Positions 12,816-25,840 of a stretch of 64,000 nucleotides of DNA are shown piece after piece. Source of the DNA: the human T2T-CHM13v2.0 reference genome, Homo sapiens. Position 1 is the first letter of the stretch, and each line of letters opens with the position of its first letter. The position numbers and the translations under genes are program-made. Location of the stretch: assembly GCF_009914755.1 (NCBI RefSeq), contig NC_060942.1; one strand, 5' to 3'. The notes below the pieces were generated by a model. That model did not search any database. It had not been told where the DNA came from and worked only from the letters and a program-made list of their open reading frames with translations.

Positions 12816-15679
12816 GATCATGCATACGATTACTGTATAATGATCATGATTGAGATTGAGAAGGTATGAGCCTAAATGTAGGACTAAATTGAATTAGCCT
12901 TGGCCTAAGGTTCTCAGGTAGTTGAGCTATAATTAAACGCCTTTGGCCAATCCTTTTTCAAGTATCAGAGCATCTTGGGAGGGTTAGCCCTGGGCAAAAC
13001 ATCTGCTTCACCACGCCCCATGAAGGCCTAGAGGCTGGGATGCCCTGAGAGGCCACATGAGAATGCACAGGAGGGAGACGTTTACTGTAGTCCTAGCCTA
13101 ATCCCAAGTTCTATTAATTCAGCAAGTGATCTTTTCAAAGGGCACTCTAATATTCAAAATTCTCTGCATCTTCTTATATATACCTTCTGCTAAACACTAT
13201 ACATTTTAGGAGATAAGAATAATAATACATCAATAAAATGTAAAAGTATTTTTCCTCTTTCTAATTAAAAATGACATACAAGTAGTTCTTGAATTAGAAC
13301 TACTAATTCCCTAATGATAATAATATTATTATTTTCTGTTACAGAATGTTTTATAGACATCTAGCAAGTGGCATCACATTTCCATTGAATTAATGGATAT
13401 TTCCAAACGTTTGAGAAAATCCGAAAACTGGATGTCCTGTACATACATTTCCATTGAAGTTTATGGCAGTTTCTGGGCACAATCACATCAATATTGCACA
13501 TCTATAGATAGTTTACAGGTTACATAACTGTGGTTTTGGATTTAATTGCCAACTTGTTACCCTGATAGTAATTCCAGACAGGGGAATAACAGAGCGAAGG
13601 GGTCTGCCCATTGTGTTACTGCTGCCTATAAAAACAAATAGGATCCTTAGGGTTTAATTGGAGGACTTATAATTGCACCTAATGTTAAAATGGGAACTTT
13701 GGACATCTGGAAGATGAGTCTGGATTTGGTCACTTGCCTTTAGGAATTAAATTCATGAAATTGTGATGGTCCTAAAGAACAGTGGTGTTCCCACCTGGAT
13801 TTATGCACAGGCAGAAATGACAAAGGTGAATGTGAGCTGGTCTGCAAGGCCAAATAAGTCAGGAGAGAAAAATGGAGTTTGGCTTTAAACTCACAAGTAA
13901 TCCAGGATGATGACTGGCTTCTTTGGTCCTAACATGAAAATAAGCCATCTAAAATGAAGAGCAGGTACATAAAAAGTTTGTTCTTACTTGGCAAAGACAT
14001 GCATGGCTTTTGGAACTTGCAACTACACAGGGTGTCACTTGGCATCATAGAGCCCATTTAGGAAAAGAATGACCCATGGTGACACGGGCTCGTTGGAAAG
14101 GGTCAGGAAAGGAACATATACAGCAAAAGGTACAATACAGCTTTCCGTAGAGAACACTGGGTATCATTTTCTTCCACTCATCCCTCCTCTCCACCATCAA
14201 AGCCAAACATTTATATAGGTATGCATTCCACCCTGCCCAATGCATTACAAATGCCAATAAGAGAGGTAGGACTGTTGTTTCCATTTTTTTCCTTCTAAAG
14301 CTATTGAAAGTTCTTTGTCTGTTCCTTATATAGTTTTAGGAATACTTTTGAGGAAATTGCCTTTATTCTTTATAGTGGATTTCATATAAAGCAAGTTTTG
14401 TGTTTCTTAGGAATAAAATTTCAGGCTTCTGGAATATTTTTTATTTTCTCTCTCCATAAAAAGATAATTTCAATTTCCCTAAATTACTAGGAATCTACTC
14501 TACATGGTGCAGCAAAATTTTAAATTATGTAATTTAGATTACTCCAGAGTAAAACGTCTTAAAAACTGAGAGCACAGCTTAAGTGTATGGTCTAGAGGCA
14601 AGAGTTAATGGCATGGAAAAGTAGTAAAAGGTTGGATTAGAAGGTTTAATACTTTTGATCTCTCAGCCCATTGCAGTTTACTTACTCCTTAGGAGACACA
14701 GATGGGACACGGCAGGTGTGTGTAAGGAGCGAAGCAATTCATGAATACTCAGCCATGAAATAGAAAATCAAAATGAAATAAGTATGACTGCAACTATCTT
14801 GGTCTATTAACATTCAACTATTAATACCTACTGTTCTTTGAAAGCCATTACTGAATATTTACTGATAAGAAAAAAATGATAGCTTAGGAAGAGGAAGATG
14901 TTCAGGAAAAGCATTTAAGCAGGGTTTGAAAGACTTGTGATTTTCTTAACTCGGGGTAAAAGTCGACCAATTAAAGTAGGTTTCCCATCCAAATGTTTCC
15001 CATCCAAAATGATCCCTTTTTTTTCCCCAAGGGATCTAATTTAGGATCCCTTGGAAAAAAATTCCAAAATGCATTACAACTATTCATAAGGGTGACACAT
15101 GGACCTATTTTTCTAAGGACTTTGATTTAATATTTGAATGCAATGGTATCTGACTTTGTTAGTATAGAATATTTAAACTTAAAAAGAAAATACCTTAATT
15201 TACTTATGCATAAGCCTATTAAACACATTTCTAGGGGCTCTTTTTATGTTTATTCTCTAGAACATAACCTATCTTTGAAGTGGTATATTAGTTTTTAAAA
15301 AGTCATTCCTAAGCTGAATAATTAAACTGAAAACAAAAGCTATTCTTAGGGTGTATTCCACATATAAAGCTATGCACATGATGCTTTGATTCAAATAATA
15401 TACTTATAAAACTTTGTTATTGTTTGAGTTCCATATTCAGAATGGCAACTTTTGTTTTTGATGATTATTCCATCCTGAAACAATTTCCCCCCTGCTCAAT
15501 TAAACCAGAATTAGGAGCACATTTATATCTGATGAGACTTAAGCTTCTCAACTGCCTGCTTCAGAAATGTAGACCTTTAGTGCTTGTGTTCATTTTGTCT
15601 CTTTGTGGAAGGCTCAAAAGAAAACAGAATCAATTCCCTTAAGTTTTTCTGGAAGAAGAAGGTTGCTTTTGTTGCTTTG

Positions 15680-16299
15680 ATCTTAGCATGTTGTGCATTT
15701 TTTATTGGCTGTTGAATATAAAAAGCCACAGCCTCATCTGGTTTTTCTGCTATATTCTCATATTGTAAATCACATAATGCCTTCCAATCTAAAGTAAAAT
15801 GCCTAAGTCCAAAATATCACTTCAAAATGGATTTATCATTATAGTTGATAGAAAGATTTCCAGGGTGTAAGAAAACAATTCAACAGTTTGATTAATATGC
15901 CACAGACTGCTAAAAATATATTCATGCATTTTAGACAATAAATTTCAGGATATAGACATACACTCATGCTATTTGAGATCCTTTTTTCCTACCATTGCAA
16001 GAGGCTGCTTTAGCTAATGCAACAGCTGGCTAGGTTATTGCTTCAACAATATAATTCATAATGCAAAAGCAGCTCTTTTCCAAACATTTTAGAGCAACTC
16101 AAGTTGTTTACATCTCCTGTAGGTGATTTTCCTATAACTTTGTGCCAATTGGTGTCATACTATTTGGTAAAAATCTACATTAAATCAAGACAACTGCACT
16201 TGGTTAAATTTCTGTCATACAGAGAATTATAGAAAAATTACAGCTGATTTGAACTTATCATCATTAAGTATATACAGGGTTTTAGAAAATGAATGCAAA
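15680..16299 (-). other. CHST9: CHST9 proximal 3' UTR
   Basis: AT-rich, repeat-free sequence after the stop; AATAAA on the minus strand at 15706-15701. The end coordinate is approximate. Confidence 0.65.
15701..15706 (-). promoter_or_regulatory. Candidate proximal polyadenylation signal of CHST9
   Basis: TTTATT on + (AATAAA on -), about 600 nt after the stop codon. Confidence 0.55.
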
Positions 16300-17391
16300 C
16301 TACAAAAATGGAGTTGTATAATTAAACATTAAATAGTCCAAGTAATAAAAGTCATAGATTAATTGTCTCTCAGTTCTAGTCAGATCCTTTAAATACTGTC
16401 TCACGACTTGAGCATTGGTTCTTTCATCGGAAGAGTGCCTATCCTTAAAGTTGGGAAATTTCAGCTCCTTTGGAGCACCGATCATCTGTAAAAAGTAATT
16501 GGCATCTTCTTCCAAAGTCTCAAATTTCCCTACAAAATCATAGTTGATCAAACACGGATAGCAGAGTTTGCTGACCTTTTCCCAGTGAATGTCCATTCCT
16601 ACTGGACGGTGGGAATCCAGCAAGTAGTGGATAAACTCTTTGAACTTGACTCCAGATCCATTAATTAATGCTTCTTCACAGGCATTTGGTCGATATTTCT
16701 TGATAATTGCCTTTCCGAATACTGGATGGTAATAACTATTGGGGTGTTCAAATTTGTCCCTAAAGGCTGATACTAATCTTTCCATGGGATCACGAACAAA
16801 CACAGCTTTGGTGTAAGTATTTAAGCGGGTATATATCCCTTTTAGGTCAAAGCTATCTAGCTTCTTCAAATGCTTCCCGTAGTGGACAGCATTGTGGGAG
16901 ATGTTGTATGCAGAGGAAGCCAATCCATTTAGTACCATCAGAATTCTTTTCCAATTGGAACAGCCAGCCTTAGGTACCTCACAATATAAGATTTTGTGTT
17001 TATCTTCTACATAGATTCTGGATACTGTATGAAAAAGATGTGACTGATGATGACTCACCCCACCGTATTTCTTGCAAAACTCCTGAAGGAAAGACCTTCG
17101 TTTCTCTTGGGTCTCCTCAGTTTTCTTCCATTTATTATCTTTGACTAAACTTTTGTTTAAAGGGTGAATGTCCACTGGCCAATTCATGTTGCTGAACTTG
17201 TTAAAAACAGTCTTAGCTCCTTGACGTTTTTCAATCAACTTCTCTGTTGGTGACCCTGTGGACTTACTTAAAGCTTGATCCCCTCCTTGTGAATGACTGG
17301 TCTTTGTTAAGAGCCTAGTAGATCTCTCAGAATTGAGTAGAAGATTTTCCTTTTTTTCTCGTACATCCTCAGGCATGTGAAACTTGGGGTT
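16300..17391 (-). CDS. CHST9: CHST9 terminal coding exon: stem region plus complete Sulfotransfer_2 (HNK-1ST family) catalytic domain of GalNAc-4-O-sulfotransferase 2
   Basis: 358-aa ORF 16300-17376 with 5'-PSB motif (PKAGCSNW) and 3'-PB motif ([11 protein letters not shown]). The frame extends 5 codons (NPKFH) upstream to a strong acceptor (minus strand tttctccttctttattttaacag|AAC, AG at 17393-17392), phase 0. Stop TAG at 16302-16300. Matches recalled human CHST9 protein. Confidence 0.97.
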   Translation of the reverse strand, partial: NPKFHMPEDVREKKENLLLNSERSTRLLTKTSHSQGGDQALSKSTGSPTEKLIEKRQGAKTVFNKFSNMNWPVDIHPLNKSLVKDNKWKKTEETQEKRRSFLQEFCKKYGGVSHHQSHLFHTVSRIYVEDKHKILYCEVPKAGCSNWKRILMVLNGLASSAYNISHNAVHYGKHLKKLDSFDLKGIYTRLNTYTKAVFVRDPMERLVSAFRDKFEHPNSYYHPVFGKAIIKKYRPNACEEALINGSGVKFKEFIHYLLDSHRPVGMDIHWEKVSKLCYPCLINYDFVGKFETLEEDANYFLQMIGAPKELKFPNFKDRHSSDERTNAQVVRQYLKDLTRTERQLIYDFYYLDYLMFNYTTPFL

Positions 17392-18903
17392 CTGTTAAAA
17401 TAAAGAAGGAGAAATGTTGAAAGCACAGTCACGAGTGTGGGTATACTGGATAAGGAACTTCACATATTTGTTTTAAAATAGTATCAAGGAGAGCATATTT
17501 CATATAAGCTGCCAGAACAATTTAGCAAGGCATGCTGAACATACATTTTGTAGTGAGCTTCTTCACAGAAAATGTAGCAATGAGAAATGGCATCTACAGG
17601 ATAGGGAGGAAAGAGCCCTGGATTTTTGTCCTGGCTTTGCCTGTAATGCAATAGGATGTAACTCAACCATTCTGAGCATCTATGACTTTTGGGATATTAA
17701 TAAGTATGTCATCTTCAAGTACTGTTTTAGTTTGTGCACCTGAATGTAGATACAAAATGGAGATGTTTTGAGATTGAAACTTTTATTGTTTTTAGGGAGC
17801 ACTCTGTAATGCACAGAATAGTTCAAAATCATAAATTACAACTTAAAATTTTGGCAAGGCTAATTATAAATCTCGATGACCACTTCAGTTTTCTAAGTGC
17901 TTGCAAAAATCATGTATTTTTTTTTTCCTGGGAAAATGTTTTATTTTTCTAAAGCATTTATCACAATAATTTAAGAATTTATTATGATCATAGTATACAA
18001 TCTCATTCACATATGAGACCTTCCCTCTTTCCCAAGTGAAGAATGACTAAGGAATCCAGAAAAGTCTACTTGACGTCCTGCTCTATAAAACTGTATCAAG
18101 GTAGAGCAAAAATGTAGTTATCTTTTCAGTAGGATGAATGAGTCCATTTACCACATACTGTTCATCTTGCCACATCCTTCCTACAACTCTCACAGTAAAA
18201 GAAGACATGGAAGACGGGATTTACAAGGTGGCATCCTCTGGTAGGGATGAAAATTTTAAGGACCTTGGCTTTTACTCTGGGTAAACTAGGGAACTTTTGT
18301 AGGGCTCTGGGTAGAAAAGTAACATGATCTCACTTAGACTTGAAAAGGATGGTGTGGAGAGGAATGGACTGGATATATACATATAGGGTTGTCAGCATGT
18401 TATTGGAAAAGTAAATGAATAAATTCTGTGCTGTGGACATAATGCATGGTGTCATCAGCCTAGAGGTGGAGGGAGTGGTGGGGAAAGTTTCCTAGGGAAT
18501 ATAAACATGATTGCAAATATATATATACATGATACACATGATTGCATATATATATATATAGTACATATATATGTGTGTGTGTGTATACACAATTTTTAAC
18601 CATTGTATCCCCAATAGTGTCTAGAATGGTCTACAGCCTATAATAATTTCTCTCAAATATTTGTGGAATGAACAAGTGAATGAATGAATGGAATTAGGTC
18701 TTCAAGGATAATTAGTAATTTTCTAGCAAATTAAGCAATAGAACAGAGGAATGAAGCACCGTTCATGGAGCCACCTCCAGACATCATGGTCATTCCACCA
18801 GCTGAGGTTGAAGGGCACTGCTTTTTTTTCTAGTGCAAGAGGACTGTGTGAATAACCCCCTGAATACCATATGCCAACGTGTATAGCCCCGTGTATAGCC
18901 CCG

Positions 18904-19270
18904 TGTATTAGTCTGTTCTCATGCTGCTAATAAAGACACACCCGAGACTGGGTAATTTATAAAGAAAAAGATGTTTAATGAACTCACAGTTCCACATGGC
19001 TGGGGAGGCCTCACAATCATGGCAGAAGGTAAAGGAAGAGCAAAGGCCTGTCTTATATGGTGGCAGGCAAGAGGGAGAGTGTGCAGGGGAACTGCCCTTT
19101 ATAAAACCATCAAATCTTGTGAGACTTATTCACTATCACGAGGACAGCATGGGAAAAACCCACCCCCATGATTCAATTACCTCCCACCTGGTCCCTCCCA
19201 TGACACGTGGGGATTATAGGAGCTACAATTCAAGATGAGATTTGGGTTGGGACACAGCCAAACCATATCA
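18904..19270 (-). mobile_element. THE1 (B/C-like) solo LTR
   Basis: tgtattagtc...aaaccatatca termini; flanks ccccg / ccccc as near-TSD. Confidence 0.93.
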
Positions 19271-19759
19271 CCCCCTGAAACGGCCACTCCAAATCTTCCA
19301 TACCATTGGACCGTCTATTTGGAGTTTTAACTCTAAAACCATTTGTCTGCTGTCTTCTCCAGAGACTGCCAGGATTACTTCAAAGCCCTTTGTGCTTCTT
19401 TACTCTGATCAGTGATTTGTAGTACATAAAGTTGTCACTGAAAATATAAAATTTGACTGTGGTTTGACAGACCATAGGGTTATGGGTGCACATGCATGGA
19501 AAGTACTTAGCACAGGCCAAATATAAAACTGCCATGATATTTATACTATTACACTGCTATAAATAATAACTACTATTATTGTTGTTTTAGCAGCAGCAGC
19601 AGTAGTAGTAGTTATAGTACTTTAATCCCAGGGACCTGGTGAATTTAAAGCCTCCCCATTTGTCCATTATTATTCAGACTATAATTTGTGTGTCCCTACA
19701 TATGCCCTCACCAGGTCTCTTCTCTGCTTGACAATCAGAAATAAAAACAAAATCCACCT

Positions 19760-20675
19760 TCCCCTGTGGCCTCTGGACTTTCTGCTTTGTGGCCATCAAA
19801 TTCCCCTTTAATCTCCAGGGGTTTCTGGAATGTTTGTTTCCAAGACTCTCTGTAAATGAAACTTGGCTGACTCCCAACACTCTGTGTCTCTTGCACTTTC
19901 TCAAGTAGGTGAAACTTGACTTCCTTGAACTACTTGTCTCTCCAGCCAGAAGATAGGGAGTGATTTCCCTGCAGCCCACGGCTGCTTCCAGGACATCACC
20001 CAGCAAAGCCCTCTGCTTCTGTGAAATCAATGTGTTCTCCTTAAGTCTCCCTTTCCCCCTCCTCTTGTTGTCATCTACCTTTATCACTGATCTGTCCACT
20101 TTACACACTCCAGCTTCTAACTCAGCTCCTGTCATTACATTTAGTGACTCTGACATCCAATCAACTCTCAGTTCCTTGACCACTTTGTTTTTAACAGAGG
20201 AGCTCTCCACTTCACATCAAACTTGGTCATCACCAGAGCCTTTACTATTCCCACCATCTTTCTGACCACTCTTGTCTCACCTTCCAGTTCAGTGTTATTT
20301 CCTGGTTTGCAATTCTTTGACCACTTTTCACTGTTACCCAGGTCTTAACAGCCAGCATGACTGGCTCTTCATTCTTCAGCTCTCAGTTGGAAAGTCACCT
20401 CTGTAGAAAGGCTTTCCCTATTCACCCTGTCTAGGTTATTTCCCTCCCTTTCAAAATATTTCCTGCAGAACCCTGCTTATTTTTCTCATAGCACTAATCA
20501 CACTGAGAAATGATTTTATTTATTTCCTTCTCTGTTGTCTTTTTCACCCCACTCTACCTCCATTGCACTAGAATATAACTGCAGAGAGGTCTTATCTTTC
20601 TTGCTCTCTGTGGTACTAAGCACACTGCCTGGCGCATAGAAGATGTTAAGGAAATAATTCTTGAATAAGTAAATG
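19760..20675 (+). mobile_element. L2 LINE: endonuclease-region fragment joined to a 3'-end fragment
   Basis: Translates to VNETWLTP and PVITFSDSDI (APE motifs ETWL and GDFN, degraded); L2 3' end gcctggcgcatagaag...ttgaataagtaaatg. Confidence 0.7.
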
Positions 20676-20934
20676 TGCTTCTAATTTAATAGTGGTCTTC
20701 TAAACAACTGTTTTATGACCTTGTTGAAGAAAAACAACATTGACCAAAAGGTCAAGTTAAACTTGAATAAACAATTGACCAATTCTTGTTAAGGTGATGA
20801 GAATCTGTGTTTAAATAAACCTTTGGCAAAAGAGAAAACAAATAAAATAAGCACATGGGAATCTGCTTGCAGTAAAGTAGATGTGGAGGCTTCGTGTTTA
20901 ACCTGCCTGCCAAATCAGATCAGTTCAAAGTCAC

Positions 20935-21104
20935 TCAACGCTGTCTCCAAACCTGTCGAGGGCTTGCCAGCAATCCGGATTTCCAGGCCTTACTGCAGAC
21001 ATCCTGAATCAGAATGTCTGAGTGTAAGGCCCCTGACTTTAATTTCAACAAGATCCCCAGGTACTCCAGTGGCAGTCATAGCATTTGGGGACTACTGAAC
21101 TAGA
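20935..21104. mobile_element. MER5-like hAT-Charlie MITE
   Basis: ctgaatcagaat...tttcaacaag.tccccagg...tttggggactactg. Confidence 0.6.
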
Positions 21105-21713
21105 ATATAAGAAAGGAAAGTATAAAAAAAGGCACAAGCCTTGAAAAGTTCCTTTCATCCTATCTGGGGGAGAAAGACATCAAATGTAGTGGACTTGAAT
21201 ATTTCAGTAAGAAGAGAAATAACTTGGATGTAGAGTAGGAATGTCACATGAGCCCTCATGCAGACTAGATGCAATGTCTTTCTTGTTTATCCATTTCTCG
21301 TTGCTGGAAGTCTTGGATCTCCAAGCAACTTTCTAAAGACTAGTTTAGCTGGGGAGATAACCTCATGAGGGAAAGGTTCACCACTCAATATAAATTAGTG
21401 TCCTCCTGTTTTATTGAGTGCTAGTAAGTTTCCTCTAGTCTAACCAAATTGAGATATGGGAAAAGGGTTAATTCTCTAAAGTAATGGCACCAGCAACCCA
21501 CAAGGGTGGCCACCAGACCTTCTCCTGGAACTCCTCATCTCAATGTCATCCACCTTATAAAAGCTGTTATTCGGGTTTGATGACATCCCTCCCAGCCCCC
21601 ATCTAACTCCATTTTCTTCCAATCACAGCAAAGACTCCATGACTAAGGGGTTTGCATTACTAAAATCATAGCTAATGACATTTCAAATTTAAAGCTCATA
21701 CCAACAAAGTCCC

Positions 21714-21737
21714 ATCATCATCATCATCATCATCATC
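21714..21737. repeat. (CAT)n microsatellite
   Basis: Direct reading. Confidence 0.9.
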
Positions 21738-22634
21738 TTCACAACAATAATAAAAGAGTAAAATCTTACATCTCCATTTTCCTTGGGACACTTTATTCTG
21801 ATTGTCCCTGAGGCAAACATGTATATAAAGCCAAAATTATCCTGTTGCCTTCAAGAGTGGCTCCCCCTGTGTTATTTTCCGTTTTTGAAAAGGTCCTATT
21901 ACTTTCCTGTCACCCACTCACAAAATCTGAGAGATGCTTTAACAATGGGAAAGTAAATTGGCTATTTTACATCTCATAATACTTCTTTTTTTGTATCTTT
22001 CTAAATTAATTACCCCCAATTGGATATTCATTATCCTCCTAATTAGTGTCCCTGCAATTATTACTAAATTATTCTTCCCCAAACATTTTGTTTTTTATTT
22101 CTTAACATTTTGAACTGGATCCTCTAGTATCAGTGAACGTCCCCATTCCTTTGCTGGCATTTGCAGCCTGGTGCTGCTGAGCCTCTTCTCCTTTTGCTTT
22201 TTTTGCTTCTCTCTTAACACATGCCCTGTCCTCCACTTGCTTTTATCTGGGCTCTTGGCAGCCCCAACTCATGGTCTCCTCCTTTCTTGGGACGTTCAAA
22301 ATCTTCTAGTTTGATGTAAAAATCCTACTTTCTCCATGACAACCACCCAGGTCTCCAGTGAGTGATTCTACTCCCTTTGAAATGACTATAGCACTTAGTC
22401 TGTACTTCCTGTGAGGAAAGTAATTTTATTCCAGCTTCCACAGTTATTTGATTGTTTTGTTGGAAAAACTCTTTTAACTGCAGCTAAATTGTAAGCTATG
22501 GAGGAAAGCAATAGTTTTCCATAAATATCCTTAAAGAGTAGATATTGCAGAGTTAGCTGAAAGACATGTAACTACAGATTTAAAAAAATGAGTATCTAAA
22601 AAAAATATGGAAAAATGTGTGGAATGTTCATTAA

Positions 22635-23052
<418 letters not shown>

Positions 23053-24800
23053 TGAATTATACTTTCTTTCTCCCCGTCAAAGTTGTTGAGCACCTCCTAT
23101 ACATCAGGTTCTGTGCTGGATGCCAGAGATGGTGGGGTTTATAAGACAAGTGCGGACTTTATTCATATACAGTTGGTATTCTCATAGGGAAAAGTATATT
23201 AAGCAAATAACTGCACAATTAATTAATCTATTACCATAGTGGCAAAGGCTCCAGCAAGATACTATTGGAAGCTGGGAGAGCAGAAATGGGGGTCCAGGAT
23301 ACAAAGAAAAGACTGGCCCAGTTTGAGTGTTAAGTCCTCTGTTTATTGTGTTTTATTTTATTCTAGGTAGTTGTTAGGGTTAATTGTTTAGGTAATGATC
23401 TCTCTATTTTAATTTCATTAAATGTCAGTGTGCACTCTTTTAAATCTATATAACCCCCACTAGCATCAAGAACACTATCTTGCATTAATAACATATGTTT
23501 GAATTTGATTGAAGCAAAGAATATCATTCCTGCACTGCTCCTTATTCAGGCAACAAATTCACATTGGTTTTATACTGTTGATAAGTGTTGTACATTTGTA
23601 GGACCTTATATACTATTGTGGATCCTATGGAAACTATAAAACTTGAGACTTTGATCATTCTTTCATCAATGCACATATATGGAATTACTACTGTATGTTG
23701 TTTTAAGCATTATATAAATAAGGATGAGATAGATAAAATTTGTGGCCCTTCAAGGAAACCAAAGTTTAATTGATCTGATGAAAATAAGCAGTTTATGAAA
23801 AAATGTGACAATTGCTATAATAAAAGGATAGGTCAGGTATTTGGAAAACAAAGAAAAAAGTGCTTAATTTTTCTGGAGAGATTTTTGGGGGCAAATTTCA
23901 CAAGGGAGGTGATGCCTGAGATGAGCCTGGGAAGATGACTGAGGAGCTACCAGGTGGACAAGCCAGAGATGGCAAGGGCTGTACATCCTGACATCGAGTC
24001 TGCTTGGGGGCCAGACTCAGATGACAGGGAGAGGCAGGAGGGGTTGGGTGTCATTCCAGGAGGGCCTGGGCTGATATAAACAGTCAGACTTTACCATATA
24101 TATGATGGGGATTTTCAATAAGGTCGTGACAAGATTCACGATTTAAAACATTCTGGGGCAGTGGGGAGGTGTGCCTGGGGGCAGAGGGATCTTCTGGAAG
24201 ATGATTATGATTGTCCATCAGGAATCCTTAGGAGAGGAACTAAGACAATGGGGTAAGAATGAAGAAAAAGGGAGTTGAGACAAACTTAGGAAACTGCTCA
24301 GATTCGAAGCACAAGGGTGACAGAAGTGTAAAGAATGGCTCCCCATTTCCTCTCTGAGAGAAGAAATAGAAGTAGCAGTTTTTATGGGGGCCCTGGGGTG
24401 GGTGTGGGCATTCACTATCTTCGATTTCAGACCTCTTGAGTTTAAGGTGCCTTAGAGAGCTGGAGGTAGATAGCAGGACTGAAAAGCTGGGTATAGATTC
24501 AGGAGTTGTTGGCTGGTGGAGGTGCAGCTGGATTCATGGGCCTTGAAGGCACTGCCCAGGGAGTAATTTATAATATTACTCTTAATAATGTATCTTTTGT
24601 GATTTACCTTGAATCTAGATAGAAGTGCAGTTATATTTCTTCACACCATCAAGGAGACCTAATTGTCTCCAGTCATTGATAAGATAAATGATGGGAGAGG
24701 GTGGGGTGCTCAAAAGTCAGTCTTTTCTGGGGACACAGGTCAGTGTGTCTCTCCTGGGTCCCTCTGTGCCACAGCTACTCCTCTTAAATCTTGATTCCAG

Positions 24801-24886
24801 GGCTTCAGAAGCTGATGGCATAGTTATGAGAGGGGTGAAGACTGCGACTGCATTTCCAACAGACCCTGAGGACAATTGGGAAGAAT
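24801..24886 (+). ncRNA. Candidate 86-nt exon of the antisense lncRNA (AQP4-AS1/CHST9-AS1)
   Basis: Acceptor ctcttaaatcttgattccag| and donor |GTGAGT at 24887. Assignment to the lncRNA rests on recalled locus organisation. Confidence 0.4.
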
Positions 24887-25599
24887 GTGAGTACGGAGTC
24901 CTAATATCCAGTGCCATCTGCCCCATCTCGCTCTCCATCCTCACCCTTTGCCCTTCCACCTTCAGTTATTCATTAAACACGTGTTTTCTGAGCACAAACT
25001 GTGCTCCAGGTACTGGGCTGTGCGTTGGTGGTATAGCTAGCAAGACAGACTTGGTCCCTGATCTTACGGAGCATCCTTGTGGTCAGGGTGGGGTAGGGAG
25101 ATACAAATAAGAAAACCAAAGTTATACTTATGGGAGGTAATGAGATGGAGAAAAAACTTGGTGCATTAAAGGACAAAAAAAAATTTGGCACAGGAAAACA
25201 TGAAAGAGGAATCCTGGCTCGCAGGTGAGGGAGGGTATCTGGGAGAAACTATGAGCCAGGCAGAATCATTTCCATTTCCTGTCTCTGTGACTTATTTCCT
25301 CTCTCTTGAATATTCTTCTCCATTTTGTTTGCCTAGTTAATAGACTAGGGGGCATGGAGCAAGCTGGTTTAATCACTGCATCAAACAGAAGAGTAGATGC
25401 AGATAAGCTCATTTTACAGATTAAGAACCTGAGCTCAGAGAATTTAAATAATGTGCCAAGTTAACACAGCTATTGCTGGAGCTGGTGTCTCAAATCTCTG
25501 TCTTAGTCATGCCTGGCTTTTTTCAGCTGCATCATATATCAAGCAATCTATTTCTTGTTTAATGTCCATTAAATGAACTGATGTCAGGAAAGCACCAGG

Positions 25600-25840
25600 C
25601 ATATGCCTGTTACAAGAGATAATGGTCGTTAAGAACATGGATTTTTGAGTCAGACAGAACTGGTTATGTGTCTTCTTCTATCGTTTTCTCTCTGGGTGAC
25701 CTCGGTTATCTTATTTTGTTTTTCTGAGCTTCAGTTTCCTTATCTGGAAAATGAAGATAATAACAACATCTACCTTGTTGGATTATAGGAAATGCCTGTA
25801 GAGATTCCTTAATGTAAATATGTTCTCCATAAATATTAGA
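25600..25840 (+). mobile_element. MIR
   Basis: tctgagcttcagtttccttatctggaaaatgaagataataaca core. Confidence 0.7.

Noticed and set aside
18500-18590. acatgattgca repeats in a (TA)n/(TG)n tract
   Set aside because: Consistent with ordinary microsatellite slippage.
24688-25110. 140-aa plus-strand ORF
   Set aside because: No recognisable domain; it runs through a likely splice donor and into L2-derived sequence.
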